Positions 52,092 to 61,255 of a stretch of DNA of 64,000 nt are shown piece after piece (within the stretch, counting starts at the first letter, position 1; the number at the start of each line of letters is the position of its first letter). Origin of the DNA: Chthoniobacterales bacterium (lineage in GTDB: Bacteria; Verrucomicrobiota; Verrucomicrobiia; Chthoniobacterales; JACTMZ01); assembly GCA_021463515.1 (NCBI GenBank), contig JAJTYZ010000014.1, positions 8,565-72,564 of the forward strand. The letters run 5' to 3'. Under the pieces are notes generated by a model. The model was given only the letters and a program-made list of their open reading frames with translations. It did not search any database and had not been told where the DNA came from. A program made the position numbers and the translations under genes.

Positions 52092-53698
52092 GTTTCCGTT
52101 AATATATCGTCGCCACGGCGAATAAAGCCCCGCGTCTCCACGGCCTCGGGAACGTTATTCGGATCCTTAGGCTTAAGGCGAAAACTGACACGCCACGATT
52201 TGTCTAAATAATTTCTCTGCACCATCGTATCCAGCACTTCGATGCGCGGGTCTGCCACGGTAACTTCCGGCGTAAGTTTTACATCGAGCGGCAAATCGTT
52301 GAGCTTGTCACCAACGAAATCCACTTTGACATAACGCGATCCCTTTTCCCAACTATGCGTTCCCGAACGCGTCGCCACAGCATACCCACCCGCAAGACCC
52401 GGATTTTGTTCCAACGTCCATTTTTGACGGTAGGCAAGCCTATACGGTTTGTTTAGCTCGGGTTTATTGAGGGGTTCCCAAAAGACAACGATGTTATCCA
52501 TCAATTCATCCACCGTCGGAATTTCCACCAACTTTACCGACCCCTCACCCCAGTCGCCCACGGGCTCAATCCAGATTCCCGGGCGCCGATGATAAAGGGC
52601 TTCGAGGTCTTGGTAATTGTGAAAATCACGATCACGCTGCAACAAACCAAATCCACGAAGGTTGTTAGCCTCGAACGAAAGAATGCGTTTGCGCCCGGGT
52701 TTATTTTCAACTGGCCTCCAAACAAACTCCCCCGTTTGCAGCTTCATCGCGAGTCCATCAGAATCGTGAACTTCGGGCCGAAAATCATCAAAAGGCTTGG
52801 TTGTATTTTCTCCAAACCAAAACATCGAAGAAATTGGCGCAATCCCAAGACTCTTTACTTCTTTGCGCAAAAAAATTGTCTGCCGTATATCCGCCGTCGT
52901 ATCCGTGCCAGGTGTGATGATGAACTCATAGGCACCCGTGACAGATGGACTATCCATCAGCGCATAAATGAGCAGCTTTTTGTCATCCTTATTGGGCTTG
53001 CCAACCCAAAAGCGCGTAAAAATTGGAAATTCCTCCGGCTCTTCTAACCCGGTATTAAGCGCAAGTCCACGAGCGGACGCACCATAGATTTGCTCCCGCC
53101 CAAGCAGACGAAAATAACTGGCTCCTTGAAACACTCCGAGCTCGTCAAACACATCAGGATTGTTAAGTGGATAATGAATGCGCAGCCCCGCGTAATTAAG
53201 GTCATCGGGCAAATCGGCACCGGTAATTCCGGAGTTCGTGTAATCAAACAACTGCGGCGCGAACCGAATGCGCTGGCTGTGTTGCGCCGTGAACTCGTTG
53301 ATCTCCACAGGCTCCGTGAACAAATAGCCCAAATGAAAAAGTGAAAGACGGAAAGGTAAACTTTCCTCCGTCCACAGTCGCTTCGCAGGGATAAAGCGGA
53401 TATTGCGGTATTGATCGTAGGTAAGCTTTTTAAGGAGGGCAGGTACAGGATTTTTTTCTGCCGGAGATTGCCATTTCTGAGTGGATAATTTTTCCGCGAG
53501 AGCCTCGACATAATTCATATCCACAACCTGCTTTGTGCCATTCTCCGCATGCAAAGGCTTCGCCGAAAGAAATAGCATCCCAAGAAAAAGAAGAGCGATA
53601 CAAATATGGAGCCCTACATTTTTCCGAGGAGACGGAAGACGATAAAACTTTTCAAGGGTGTCCGCCCAGGAACCTCCGAAGCCGGTATTCATTTGCAT
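52067..53698 (-). CDS. opgG: Periplasmic glucan biosynthesis protein OpgG/OpgD family
   Basis: Signal/TM segment, then LTYDQYRNIRF and HLGYLF...RFAPQLFDY, typical of MdoG. Confidence 0.88.
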   Translation of the reverse strand: MQMNTGFGGSWADTLEKFYRLPSPRKNVGLHICIALLFLGMLFLSAKPLHAENGTKQVVDMNYVEALAEKLSTQKWQSPAEKNPVPALLKKLTYDQYRNIRFIPAKRLWTEESLPFRLSLFHLGYLFTEPVEINEFTAQHSQRIRFAPQLFDYTNSGITGADLPDDLNYAGLRIHYPLNNPDVFDELGVFQGASYFRLLGREQIYGASARGLALNTGLEEPEEFPIFTRFWVGKPNKDDKKLLIYALMDSPSVTGAYEFIITPGTDTTADIRQTIFLRKEVKSLGIAPISSMFWFGENTTKPFDDFRPEVHDSDGLAMKLQTGEFVWRPVENKPGRKRILSFEANNLRGFGLLQRDRDFHNYQDLEALYHRRPGIWIEPVGDWGEGSVKLVEIPTVDELMDNIVVFWEPLNKPELNKPYRLAYRQKWTLEQNPGLAGGYAVATRSGTHSWEKGSRYVKVDFVGDKLNDLPLDVKLTPEVTVADPRIEVLDTMVQRNYLDKSWRVSFRLKPKDPNNVPEAVETRGFIRRGDDILTETWSSLITL

Positions 53699-53789
53699 GG
53701 TGGCCGATTATGCGAAGCCAAGCCTTCTTGTCGAGCGGATGCGAAGAGTTGACCCACATGACGATGACGCCCCATGATGCCCACCAACC

Positions 53790-54083
53790 ATGAATCTCCC
53801 TATTGCTCTGGCGCAATTTATCATGCTGGCACTTGGTGTCATGGCCTCGCGCATCCTGCTCACTTCCGGTGCCATCGTCGTGTCAAACGGCCCATGGCAT
53901 GATCGCATGGCAGCGTGGGCAGGTACGCATGGACTGTGGTTATTAGCCATTCCGGCTCTCTGGCTCTTGCTCACACAAGGGTGCACAAAACTTGATCCGC
54001 GTTGGACCACCGCCATGCAAAACGTCGGTGTTGGAATTGCCATCGTCACCTTGGCAATCATTGTGGCCTTTCTGATATTCTAA
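53790..54083 (+). CDS. Small hypothetical membrane protein (three predicted TM helices)
   Basis: 97-aa ORF with three hydrophobic stretches. No family recognised. Confidence 0.45.
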   Translation: MNLPIALAQFIMLALGVMASRILLTSGAIVVSNGPWHDRMAAWAGTHGLWLLAIPALWLLLTQGCTKLDPRWTTAMQNVGVGIAIVTLAIIVAFLIF

Positions 54084-54107
54084 AAATCGCCGGATGCTGC
54101 AGCGCAC

Positions 54108-55217
54108 TTAAAGCGAACGCAAAAAGTTGACCATATCCTCGACGGTAGGATTTTTTGCCGTTCGCACATAATAACTCGAGGTACACACCCCAAGTTGCAA
54201 AGAAATATCCAAGGGCGCACCCAACACGCGCCCAATGCAAAATCCCGCACTGCAATAACCGCCCGCTCCCGTAACGACTTTCGGATTTTCCACAAGCACA
54301 CTCGGCACCATCGCAATCCCATTGGCATCTGCAGCCACGGAAAATGCAACGGGATGAATGAACACCGTGTGCAATCCGAGTTTATACCGAATGCTCGCAG
54401 CATACTCCCCCACCGCCTCCGCAGATTCCTCACACTCTCCCAATCCAACAACCCTCCCGATCTGTTTTGCTTCGCTGAGGTTCATTCCAAGAATGACATC
54501 CGCATTCTGCTGAAACCGACTTATCAACCCAAGCGCGTAAGCCAAGTCTTCCGGCGTTCTTTTTGCCGGATCGCCGAGATCGAAAAACATCCAGCGGGGC
54601 CCGCGCAGACGCGGCATCACTTTATTAAGCAACTCTTCGAAGATGCGCGTCAGTCCAATAAGCATGGTCCAATTTAAGAGTGCAATGAGGGCGGACTTTT
54701 GGAAAAGCGCGATCAATTGCTCCAGTGGAAGATGCAAAAGAAGATTCTCCCAATTAACTTCGCGCAAACTTGTATGTCGCCCAAACATGAGCGTGCCGTC
54801 CTCAAATTCCAAAGCATCGGTATAGCCGGGTTCCGCGAGAGAAATGATTTCCGCACGCTCGGCAATATCCGCAAACACCGAATGAATGTGCGGCACCCCA
54901 AGCAATCCTACATAAGTCACAGGCACGCCATACGCACGGAGTGCCGTTGCCAAAATGGGACCATTACCCCCCAATTTGACCATCTGCGGAACCATCTCGA
55001 AATTCGTACTCAACTTCACCGCTTCAACGATGCGCTTCCCAAATGCCTCCATGCTCGTTTGGCGCACATAACCATCCGTGCTCTCCCGCGTGGCCACCAC
55101 ATGCAAAATCGTATCCACAAAGCCATCCAGCCCCGCCGTGATTGGTAATTGCAGCAAAGCATGCGAACGCGACGATAAGAAATCGGCAGTAGTGTGGGGC
55201 AATGTTCTCTCGCTCAT
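54108..55217 (-). CDS. Ribokinase-superfamily (PfkB/ADP-PFK-like) sugar-kinase-like protein
   Basis: LGGNGPILA near the N-terminal third and VVTGAGGYCSAGF near the C-terminus resemble the PfkB GG and GAGD regions. Confidence 0.55.
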   Translation of the reverse strand: MSERTLPHTTADFLSSRSHALLQLPITAGLDGFVDTILHVVATRESTDGYVRQTSMEAFGKRIVEAVKLSTNFEMVPQMVKLGGNGPILATALRAYGVPVTYVGLLGVPHIHSVFADIAERAEIISLAEPGYTDALEFEDGTLMFGRHTSLREVNWENLLLHLPLEQLIALFQKSALIALLNWTMLIGLTRIFEELLNKVMPRLRGPRWMFFDLGDPAKRTPEDLAYALGLISRFQQNADVILGMNLSEAKQIGRVVGLGECEESAEAVGEYAASIRYKLGLHTVFIHPVAFSVAADANGIAMVPSVLVENPKVVTGAGGYCSAGFCIGRVLGAPLDISLQLGVCTSSYYVRTAKNPTVEDMVNFLRSL

Positions 55218-55329
55218 GATAGACTCAAAAAAATGAAACCACCATTTTTACATCGTTGCACGCATCTCTGACAGATGAAAAATTGCTTTCACTCCATGGA
55301 CTCCTACGCTTTATTAGCAGGTTCCGCGA

Positions 55330-55403
55330 GGAGTCTTAGCTCAATTGGTTAGAGCGCCGCCCTGTCACGGCGGAGGTTGCGGGTTCGAGCCCCGTAGACT
55401 CCG
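55330..55403 (+). tRNA. tRNA-Asp: tRNA-Asp (anticodon GTC); CCA not encoded
   Basis: Hand-folded cloverleaf: acceptor GGAGTCT/AGACTCC, D arm GCTC..GAGC, anticodon arm CCGCC-CTGTCAC-GGCGG, T arm GCGGG-TTCGAGC-CCCGT. Confidence 0.9.
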
Positions 55404-55495
55404 GTTTCTTTTCTCCACCACGCAGGCGACGAAACCCTCGGTAAGCCCATGCGTTAAATTTCAGCATTTCAGCATTTCACCTTTTAGTTTTTCTC

Positions 55496-57328
55496 ATGCT
55501 CACCGTTTCACGTGTTAGCAAATCATTTGCCGGACGCACCCTCTTCGAAGATGCCTCCTTGCAAATTAACCGAGGAGACCGCATTGGACTCATTGGCCCT
55601 AATGGCGCAGGAAAAACGACGCTTTTTTCACTCATTTTAAAAACAGAGGAACCGGACGTAGGAACCATCCATTTTCAGCGTGGAGCGCGTTGGGGCTACT
55701 TGCCGCAGGAAACCGCCGCCTCTACGGAGGGCACTGTTCTCGAATTAGCAGCCGGTGAATATGCGGATGGCCGTACCGAGGCTGCTGCAAAGCGCATTCT
55801 GACGGGCCTCGCCTTTCGCGAACAAGACTTTAAACGCCCCGTGGATTCGCTCAGCGGCGGCTGGATCATGCGTGCACATTTAGCGCGTTTACTTATCGAA
55901 CAGCCCGATCTGCTTTTGCTCGACGAACCCACAAACCATCTCGATCTCGAAACCCTCGGCTGGTTTCAAAATCACTTGCAGGGCTATTCGGGAGCCATTC
56001 TGACAATTTCGCACGACCGCGAATTTCTCAATGCTCTCTGCCAAGACATCGTCGAAATTCGCCATCGAAAATTACACCGCTACCATGGAAATTATGATGC
56101 TTTCGTGGAGTTAAAGAAAGCCCGTGATGAACAACATCGTGCGGCCTACAAAAACCAACAAAAGGAAATTGAGCATCTTCAAGATTTCATCAATCGCTTC
56201 CGTGCTAAAGCGAGTAAAGCCACCCAAGCACAAATGCGCCTTAAACAACTCGCGAGAATGGAACGCATCGAAGCACCGGAATCCGATGAACCCACCGTGC
56301 ATTTCAAATTTTCTCAACCCATTCGCAGCGGACAACGTGTCATAAGCCTCGAAGGCGTGCGTCAGGCGTATGGCACCCACGTGGTTTACGAGAACCTGCA
56401 TCTACGCATCGAACGCGGACAACGCATTGTGCTCGTCGGTCCTAATGGTGCCGGTAAATCTACCTTGCTCAAAATTCTCGCTGGAGACTTACCGCTCGAA
56501 GCGGGAGAACGCACAGCCGGACATCATGTACACATCGGCTATTTTTCTCAGCATCGTTCAGACACTTTGGATTTAAAAAAATCCGTTCTTGGAGAAATCC
56601 AAAGCTTGCCTCGTTCCGTTCCCGAACAAACTGTCCGAAACATTTTGGGCGCATTTCTTTTTCGAGGAGACGATGTTTTCAAATCGGTCTCCGTACTAAG
56701 TGGTGGTGAAAAAAGTCGCTTAGCACTCATTAAACTCTTGCTCGACCCGCCGAACCTCCTCCTCTTAGACGAACCCACCACGCACCTCGATATGCCCAGC
56801 ATTGACGCCTTAATTCGAGCACTGGCGTCCTATGATGGAACCGTCGTTTTCGTGAGCCATGATGTCCATTTTATCCGCGCCATGGCAACATCCGTCATTC
56901 ATGTTCAATGCGGCCATCTCACACCCTACGCGGGCGACTATTCCTACTACCTCGATAAGTCGCGTGCTTCCAGCACCCGAGCCGCAACGGTGGCTTCCTT
57001 AAACAACCACCAACCGGAAGCTCCACCTCAGCAACGCTCGGAGCCCTGCCTTGGACTCAAAGAAATGCGAGCGCAACGACGTGCGACGGCCGAAGCAAAG
57101 CGATCTGCCAATCACGCTAAGCGTGAACGCAAAAGTCGCCTTGTAAAAGTTGAAGCAGAAATTACTTCTCTCGAAGCGCGTCAATTAGAGCTAACAAAAA
57201 CCTTAGAAAATCCCGAAACCTACAAAAACCCTGCACTCGCCCTAGAAACCAATCGTCAACTCACCGGTGTCATCGAATCTTTGGAAAAAGCCCAATCCGA
57301 ATGGCTCACCCACGCCGAAGCAGAGTAA
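55496..57328 (+). CDS. ABC-F family ATPase (translation-associated, two NBDs plus a C-terminal coiled coil)
   Basis: Two Walker A motifs ([18 protein letters not shown]), two signatures ([16 protein letters not shown]) and no TM domain. Confidence 0.9.
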   Translation: MLTVSRVSKSFAGRTLFEDASLQINRGDRIGLIGPNGAGKTTLFSLILKTEEPDVGTIHFQRGARWGYLPQETAASTEGTVLELAAGEYADGRTEAAAKRILTGLAFREQDFKRPVDSLSGGWIMRAHLARLLIEQPDLLLLDEPTNHLDLETLGWFQNHLQGYSGAILTISHDREFLNALCQDIVEIRHRKLHRYHGNYDAFVELKKARDEQHRAAYKNQQKEIEHLQDFINRFRAKASKATQAQMRLKQLARMERIEAPESDEPTVHFKFSQPIRSGQRVISLEGVRQAYGTHVVYENLHLRIERGQRIVLVGPNGAGKSTLLKILAGDLPLEAGERTAGHHVHIGYFSQHRSDTLDLKKSVLGEIQSLPRSVPEQTVRNILGAFLFRGDDVFKSVSVLSGGEKSRLALIKLLLDPPNLLLLDEPTTHLDMPSIDALIRALASYDGTVVFVSHDVHFIRAMATSVIHVQCGHLTPYAGDYSYYLDKSRASSTRAATVASLNNHQPEAPPQQRSEPCLGLKEMRAQRRATAEAKRSANHAKRERKSRLVKVEAEITSLEARQLELTKTLENPETYKNPALALETNRQLTGVIESLEKAQSEWLTHAEAE

Positions 57329-57908
57329 TCCGTTTTCCCAATTCTTCCCGCACCGCCTCAACGGCCCGCCTTTCCCGTGCCGCCCAACCTCCCTTAATTT
57401 CTACATAGTGCAATCCCCGCTCTTCGAGCGTTCGTCGCCACAATTTCATCAATCGCTTTCGATCTGCCGGATTAGGAAAACACGTTCCATCCCCACGCAA
57501 ATAATCCACCACATAAGGAATGTCGGGATGACATAACAAATAGAGGTCCGTTGCTGCAGCACGACGATCTGCCTCCACCCTCACCCACGCAGGACATTCC
57601 TCCGGAAAAAGCAAGTCATCCCACAAAGTACACGTGAGTAAATCTGTATCGCAAAACACCACCCGCTTTGCCTGAGCCAAAGCATCATCCTCATTCTTCA
57701 TCTGCCCCCGTGCAATCACCGCCAAATCCACTCCCGTAATTTGTCCGTCATTCCTTTCCCAAAATTCGCGCACATATTCCGCTGCCCATGGCTCCTCAAA
57801 AACTTCCGCCAAACGCTTCGTAAGTCCTGTTTTTCCGGTGGACTCCAATCCATACGTCACAACTTTCAATGTCCGTCGTTTATAATTTCTAGCCGTCATC
57901 ATGAACAT
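57306..57908 (-). CDS. NadR-type ribosylnicotinamide-kinase-like ATPase (AAA_28-like)
   Basis: P-loop GLESTGKTG followed by EPWAAEYVREF. Overlaps and follows pnuC. Confidence 0.65.
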   Translation of the reverse strand: MFMMTARNYKRRTLKVVTYGLESTGKTGLTKRLAEVFEEPWAAEYVREFWERNDGQITGVDLAVIARGQMKNEDDALAQAKRVVFCDTDLLTCTLWDDLLFPEECPAWVRVEADRRAAATDLYLLCHPDIPYVVDYLRGDGTCFPNPADRKRLMKLWRRTLEERGLHYVEIKGGWAARERRAVEAVREELGKRITLLRRG

Positions 57909-58467
57909 CCTTTCCTTGCTCCCGTAAGGCGCGAGACCACGCGATCCACCCAGCTACAGCCATCGCCAAATACACCAAATATAGTCCGCTCGTAAAACCC
58001 ATCCCCGCGTGCCAATACGCGGCTACAGCGACACCATTGACCACAATCCACACAAACCAATTATCCATTTGTTTTCGCGCCTGCAAAATTTGCCCCGCCA
58101 CCCCAAAAGCCGCAATAAATGCATCCCTCCACGGCATTCTGGAATCCGTCCATCGCTCCGCCACCATTGCCCACCCCATCATCGCCGCACCTGCAAGAAC
58201 CAAAAGTATGATCCATCCCCTCCATCTCAATCGTGTGATCGGCAACTCTCCGCGATGGTGTCCATCGGGATGCAACCAATGCCACCAACCCCACCCTAAA
58301 ATCCCAAAATAAAAAACCTGTAACAAAGCATCCGCATAAAACGTCTCGCGAAAAAACAGTATCCCTTGAACCACCGAGGCCACCATACCGATGGGAAACC
58401 CCAAAACATTACGCCGCACCAAAAGCCACACGCAACTCAACCCCAACACCAAATTTAAAAAATCCAT
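57889..58467 (-). CDS. pnuC: Nicotinamide riboside transporter PnuC
   Basis: ~190-aa polytopic protein with W-rich helices (GILGWGWWHW, NWFVWIVVNGVAV). ATG at 58467 preferred. Confidence 0.8.
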   Translation of the reverse strand: MDFLNLVLGLSCVWLLVRRNVLGFPIGMVASVVQGILFFRETFYADALLQVFYFGILGWGWWHWLHPDGHHRGELPITRLRWRGWIILLVLAGAAMMGWAMVAERWTDSRMPWRDAFIAAFGVAGQILQARKQMDNWFVWIVVNGVAVAAYWHAGMGFTSGLYLVYLAMAVAGWIAWSRALREQGKDVHDDG

Positions 58468-58550
58468 GATGATTCTTATTAAAATTCCCACATCGCACTC
58501 CATTTCTACCATCACTACTCACTCCTCGCCTACACCTTCGTGAGAGATGT

Positions 58551-58580
58551 CCTCCTGGGAACACCGACGCCCCCGTCGGC
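58551..58580 (+). repeat. REP-like element, copy A
   Basis: CCTCCTGGGAACACCGACGCCCCCGTCGGC, containing the hairpin CCGACG-cccc-CGTCGG. Confidence 0.7.
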
Positions 58581-58590
58581 TCAGCATTTT

Positions 58591-59253
58591 TTAGCCGACG
58601 TGGACGTCAGCGTTCCCAGGGGGCCACGCGCTGGACCACCTCCAAGCTTTAGCCACCGTGCATAAACAAGCCTTTACCGGATTCTCATGAATGTACTCAA
58701 TCGCCATTTTGAGATGATGCTCATCACGGATATACCGATCCCAATACTCCCTCATCCATACATGACGCGATTCACCTAAACCTAAGCTTTTCTCCGCATT
58801 CATAGCCAACAACCGTCATGCCGACACAGACTTCCATGCCTGTACAATTTTACCAAGTTCTTGCAGAGGCTCGATGACTACATGGACATGATTTAGCATA
58901 ATCACCCATGCCAGCATTCGATAAGCTTCGCCGTCCTTATGAAGCAATATCTGCTGGACACAACGCGCAGCATCAATTTGCTGCAGAGCGCAGCAATCCG
59001 CACTCTGATCAAGCCACTTTTCAATTTGACGCCTGCGTTCAAGCTGTTGCTCAGCCAAAGCCAAATCCTTTACCTCTTTCTCAAATTGCCGGAGACATTC
59101 CTGAGCCACGCTATCTGCAAGACGAAATGTGATGAATTGCGTGAAGTTGATTTCATCCCGATGTGGGAGATAGCCACGCGAATACCACGCTCGAATTTCT
59201 CCATCCGCATGTCGAGAACGTCGCGGCGAGTATTCCCCTCGCAGCTTTGTCAT
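58591..59253 (-). pseudogene. REP-associated tyrosine (Y1/HUH, IS200-like) transposase interrupted by an in-frame TGA at 58816..58818
   Basis: HUH motif NHVHVV and Tyr motif EYIHENPV. ORFs 58816..59253 and 58591..58812 share one frame and read ...WKSVSA*RLLAMNAEK... Confidence 0.75.
58594..58623 (-). repeat. REP-like element, copy B (inverted relative to A and C)
   Basis: The reverse complement CCCCCTGGGAACGCTGACGTCCACGTCGGC matches copy A at 25 of 30 positions. Confidence 0.7.
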
Positions 59254-59292
59254 TTCTACAATGGTACGATTGCGTACAAATCACCTCAATCG

Positions 59293-60063
59293 TTAAACCA
59301 CTATGGCCCTCCTGGGAACGCCGACGCCCTCGTCACCTCCGTATCCCCCCACCGTCCGCCCTTCTCCCACTTCTTCATGAGTAACACCATCACGGATGTG
59401 GTAGAGACGCTTAAAAGTGGGAATGATTTTTTCATCATGCGTGACAACAATGATGGCGGTTTCAAAACGTTGCGCCATGGTGTGAAGAATGCGAATGACC
59501 GTCATGGCACGCTCGGAATCGAGCGGGGCCGTGGGTTCATCGGCGAGAATGACGGGCGGACGATTAACGAGACCACGGGCGATGGCAACCCGCTGTTGTT
59601 CTCCACCGGAGAGCCGTGTGGGCATGGCCGCTGCACGATGTTGTACGTCCAAGGCCGTAAGCAATTCCAGAGCACGTTGCCGCGCTTGCGCATTGGGCAC
59701 ACCGGCCAGCATCGGGAGGATGGCCACATTGTCAGTCGTGTCGAGAAAGGGAATGAGATAGGGAGCCTGAAAAACAAAACCAATTTTATCGCGACGCAAT
59801 GCTGCCAGATCACGCACTTTCCACTCGTCGTCATAAATCACATCGCCATCCAATGTCATACGACCGGACGTCGGATCAATCACGGCACCGAGGCATTTGA
59901 GGAGTGTACTTTTGCCGGAGCCGGAGGGACCAATTAATCCGACGACTTCGCCCGGGTCCACGCGCATCGTCGCGTTTTTTAACGCCAACACAGACGTGTC
60001 GCCTTTGCCATAGCGTTTGCTCAGATTTTCAATACGGATGCCTTGTGTGCTCATATCATCCAA
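59293..60063 (-). CDS. ABC exporter ATP-binding protein, DevA/MacB-NBD-like
   Basis: Walker [10 protein letters not shown], signature [14 protein letters not shown] and Walker [12 protein letters not shown]. The last ~15 codons lie inside REP copy C. Confidence 0.88.
   Translation of the reverse strand: MDDMSTQGIRIENLSKRYGKGDTSVLALKNATMRVDPGEVVGLIGPSGSGKSTLLKCLGAVIDPTSGRMTLDGDVIYDDEWKVRDLAALRRDKIGFVFQAPYLIPFLDTTDNVAILPMLAGVPNAQARQRALELLTALDVQHRAAAMPTRLSGGEQQRVAIARGLVNRPPVILADEPTAPLDSERAMTVIRILHTMAQRFETAIIVVTHDEKIIPTFKRLYHIRDGVTHEEVGEGRTVGGYGGDEGVGVPRRAIVV
59308..59337 (+). repeat. REP-like element, copy C
   Basis: CCTCCTGGGAACGCCGACGCCCTCGTCACC matches copy A at 26 of 30 positions. Confidence 0.7.
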
Positions 60064-61255
60064 TGGCGTCCGCAGGGTCCACTTTCAGCGCAATACGAAT
60101 AGCCACAACGCTGGCCAACGCACAGATCACCATCACCGCCGCAAATCCGCGGAGGGAATCTGCGGGAATCAACAAAATGAATCGTGGAAAAATCGGGGTG
60201 GCAAATGTCGCGGCGACTTTTCCCACAACAAAACCAAAGACGCCGAGCATTAAAGACTGCTGTAAAATCATGGCGGCAATGGTACGATTGCGGGTGCCAA
60301 GTAGCTTTAGCACCGCAATTTCACGAATCTTATCCATGGTAAGCGTGTAAATAATAAAGGCCACGATAGCGGCACTGACGATCGCTAAAATGATGAGAAA
60401 CATACCGATTTGCTTCGCTGCGGTGGCGATGATTTTGCCGATGAGAATGGCTTCCATTTGCTCGCTGTCATAGACCGTCAGTCGCTGCCAACGGCGAATA
60501 TTTTCCGCAACTTGAGCCTCGGAATATCCGGGCTGCACACGGACGAGCACCGCATTGACGCTATTGTTGCCGGTCTGGGAATTGAGCACAGCATCGAGAA
60601 GGCCGGGGGCACCCGGACGATTGAGCGTGGGGTCCGCTTCGGTGCGGCGACGCTGCATGAGAATAGCATCATTGTCCTTAAGAAATTGAGCCTGCTGCGC
60701 ATCCTTGATGGGGATAAACACCATGGGATCGCCATTGGAAGAAACCATCCGACGCGTGAGCCCGACGACGGTGTATTTATGGCGTCGAATGCGCAAGGTG
60801 TCCCCGAGTGCAAAGCCCGTGGCCATATCAGCGACAGCTTCGTAATGTCCGCGAGCCACCTGACGCCCCGCAACAAGCCGTGGTGGCCAACCCGGGAGCC
60901 CCGCATCTCCCGCCGTAATGCCCACAACCATCGCCCGCACATCGCGCTCACCTTGCCCCACCTGCATGGTAAGATAAGTCACATTGGCGGCCTCGGCCAC
61001 GCCGGGAGTGGAGCGAATGCCGCGCCAGAGGTCACCGGGAATTCCTGAAGGCTCGGCATAAGGCCCAAGGGTGTCTTTTTGCACCACCCATAAATCGGCA
61101 CCGCTATTTTCCAAAAGCGCCATACCATCATCCACCATCCCTCGGTAGAGCCCGGCCATGGTGAGTGTCACCCCAATTAACAGCCCCAGCCCAAATCCCG
61201 TGAAGATAAACTTTCCCCAAGAATGAACGATGTCACGGCGAGCCAAACTAATCAT
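60056..61255 (-). CDS. ABC exporter permease, FtsX/DevC-like
   Basis: N-terminal TM helix, a large periplasmic domain and a C-terminal FtsX-type 3-TM bundle. Confidence 0.85.
   Translation of the reverse strand: MISLARRDIVHSWGKFIFTGFGLGLLIGVTLTMAGLYRGMVDDGMALLENSGADLWVVQKDTLGPYAEPSGIPGDLWRGIRSTPGVAEAANVTYLTMQVGQGERDVRAMVVGITAGDAGLPGWPPRLVAGRQVARGHYEAVADMATGFALGDTLRIRRHKYTVVGLTRRMVSSNGDPMVFIPIKDAQQAQFLKDNDAILMQRRRTEADPTLNRPGAPGLLDAVLNSQTGNNSVNAVLVRVQPGYSEAQVAENIRRWQRLTVYDSEQMEAILIGKIIATAAKQIGMFLIILAIVSAAIVAFIIYTLTMDKIREIAVLKLLGTRNRTIAAMILQQSLMLGVFGFVVGKVAATFATPIFPRFILLIPADSLRGFAAVMVICALASVVAIRIALKVDPADAIG

Noticed and set aside
58939-59937. 332-aa ORF on the + strand
   Set aside because: It runs antisense across the transposase gene, REP copy C and the DevA-like ATPase gene. 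It crosses an obvious gene boundary and shows no recognisable motifs.
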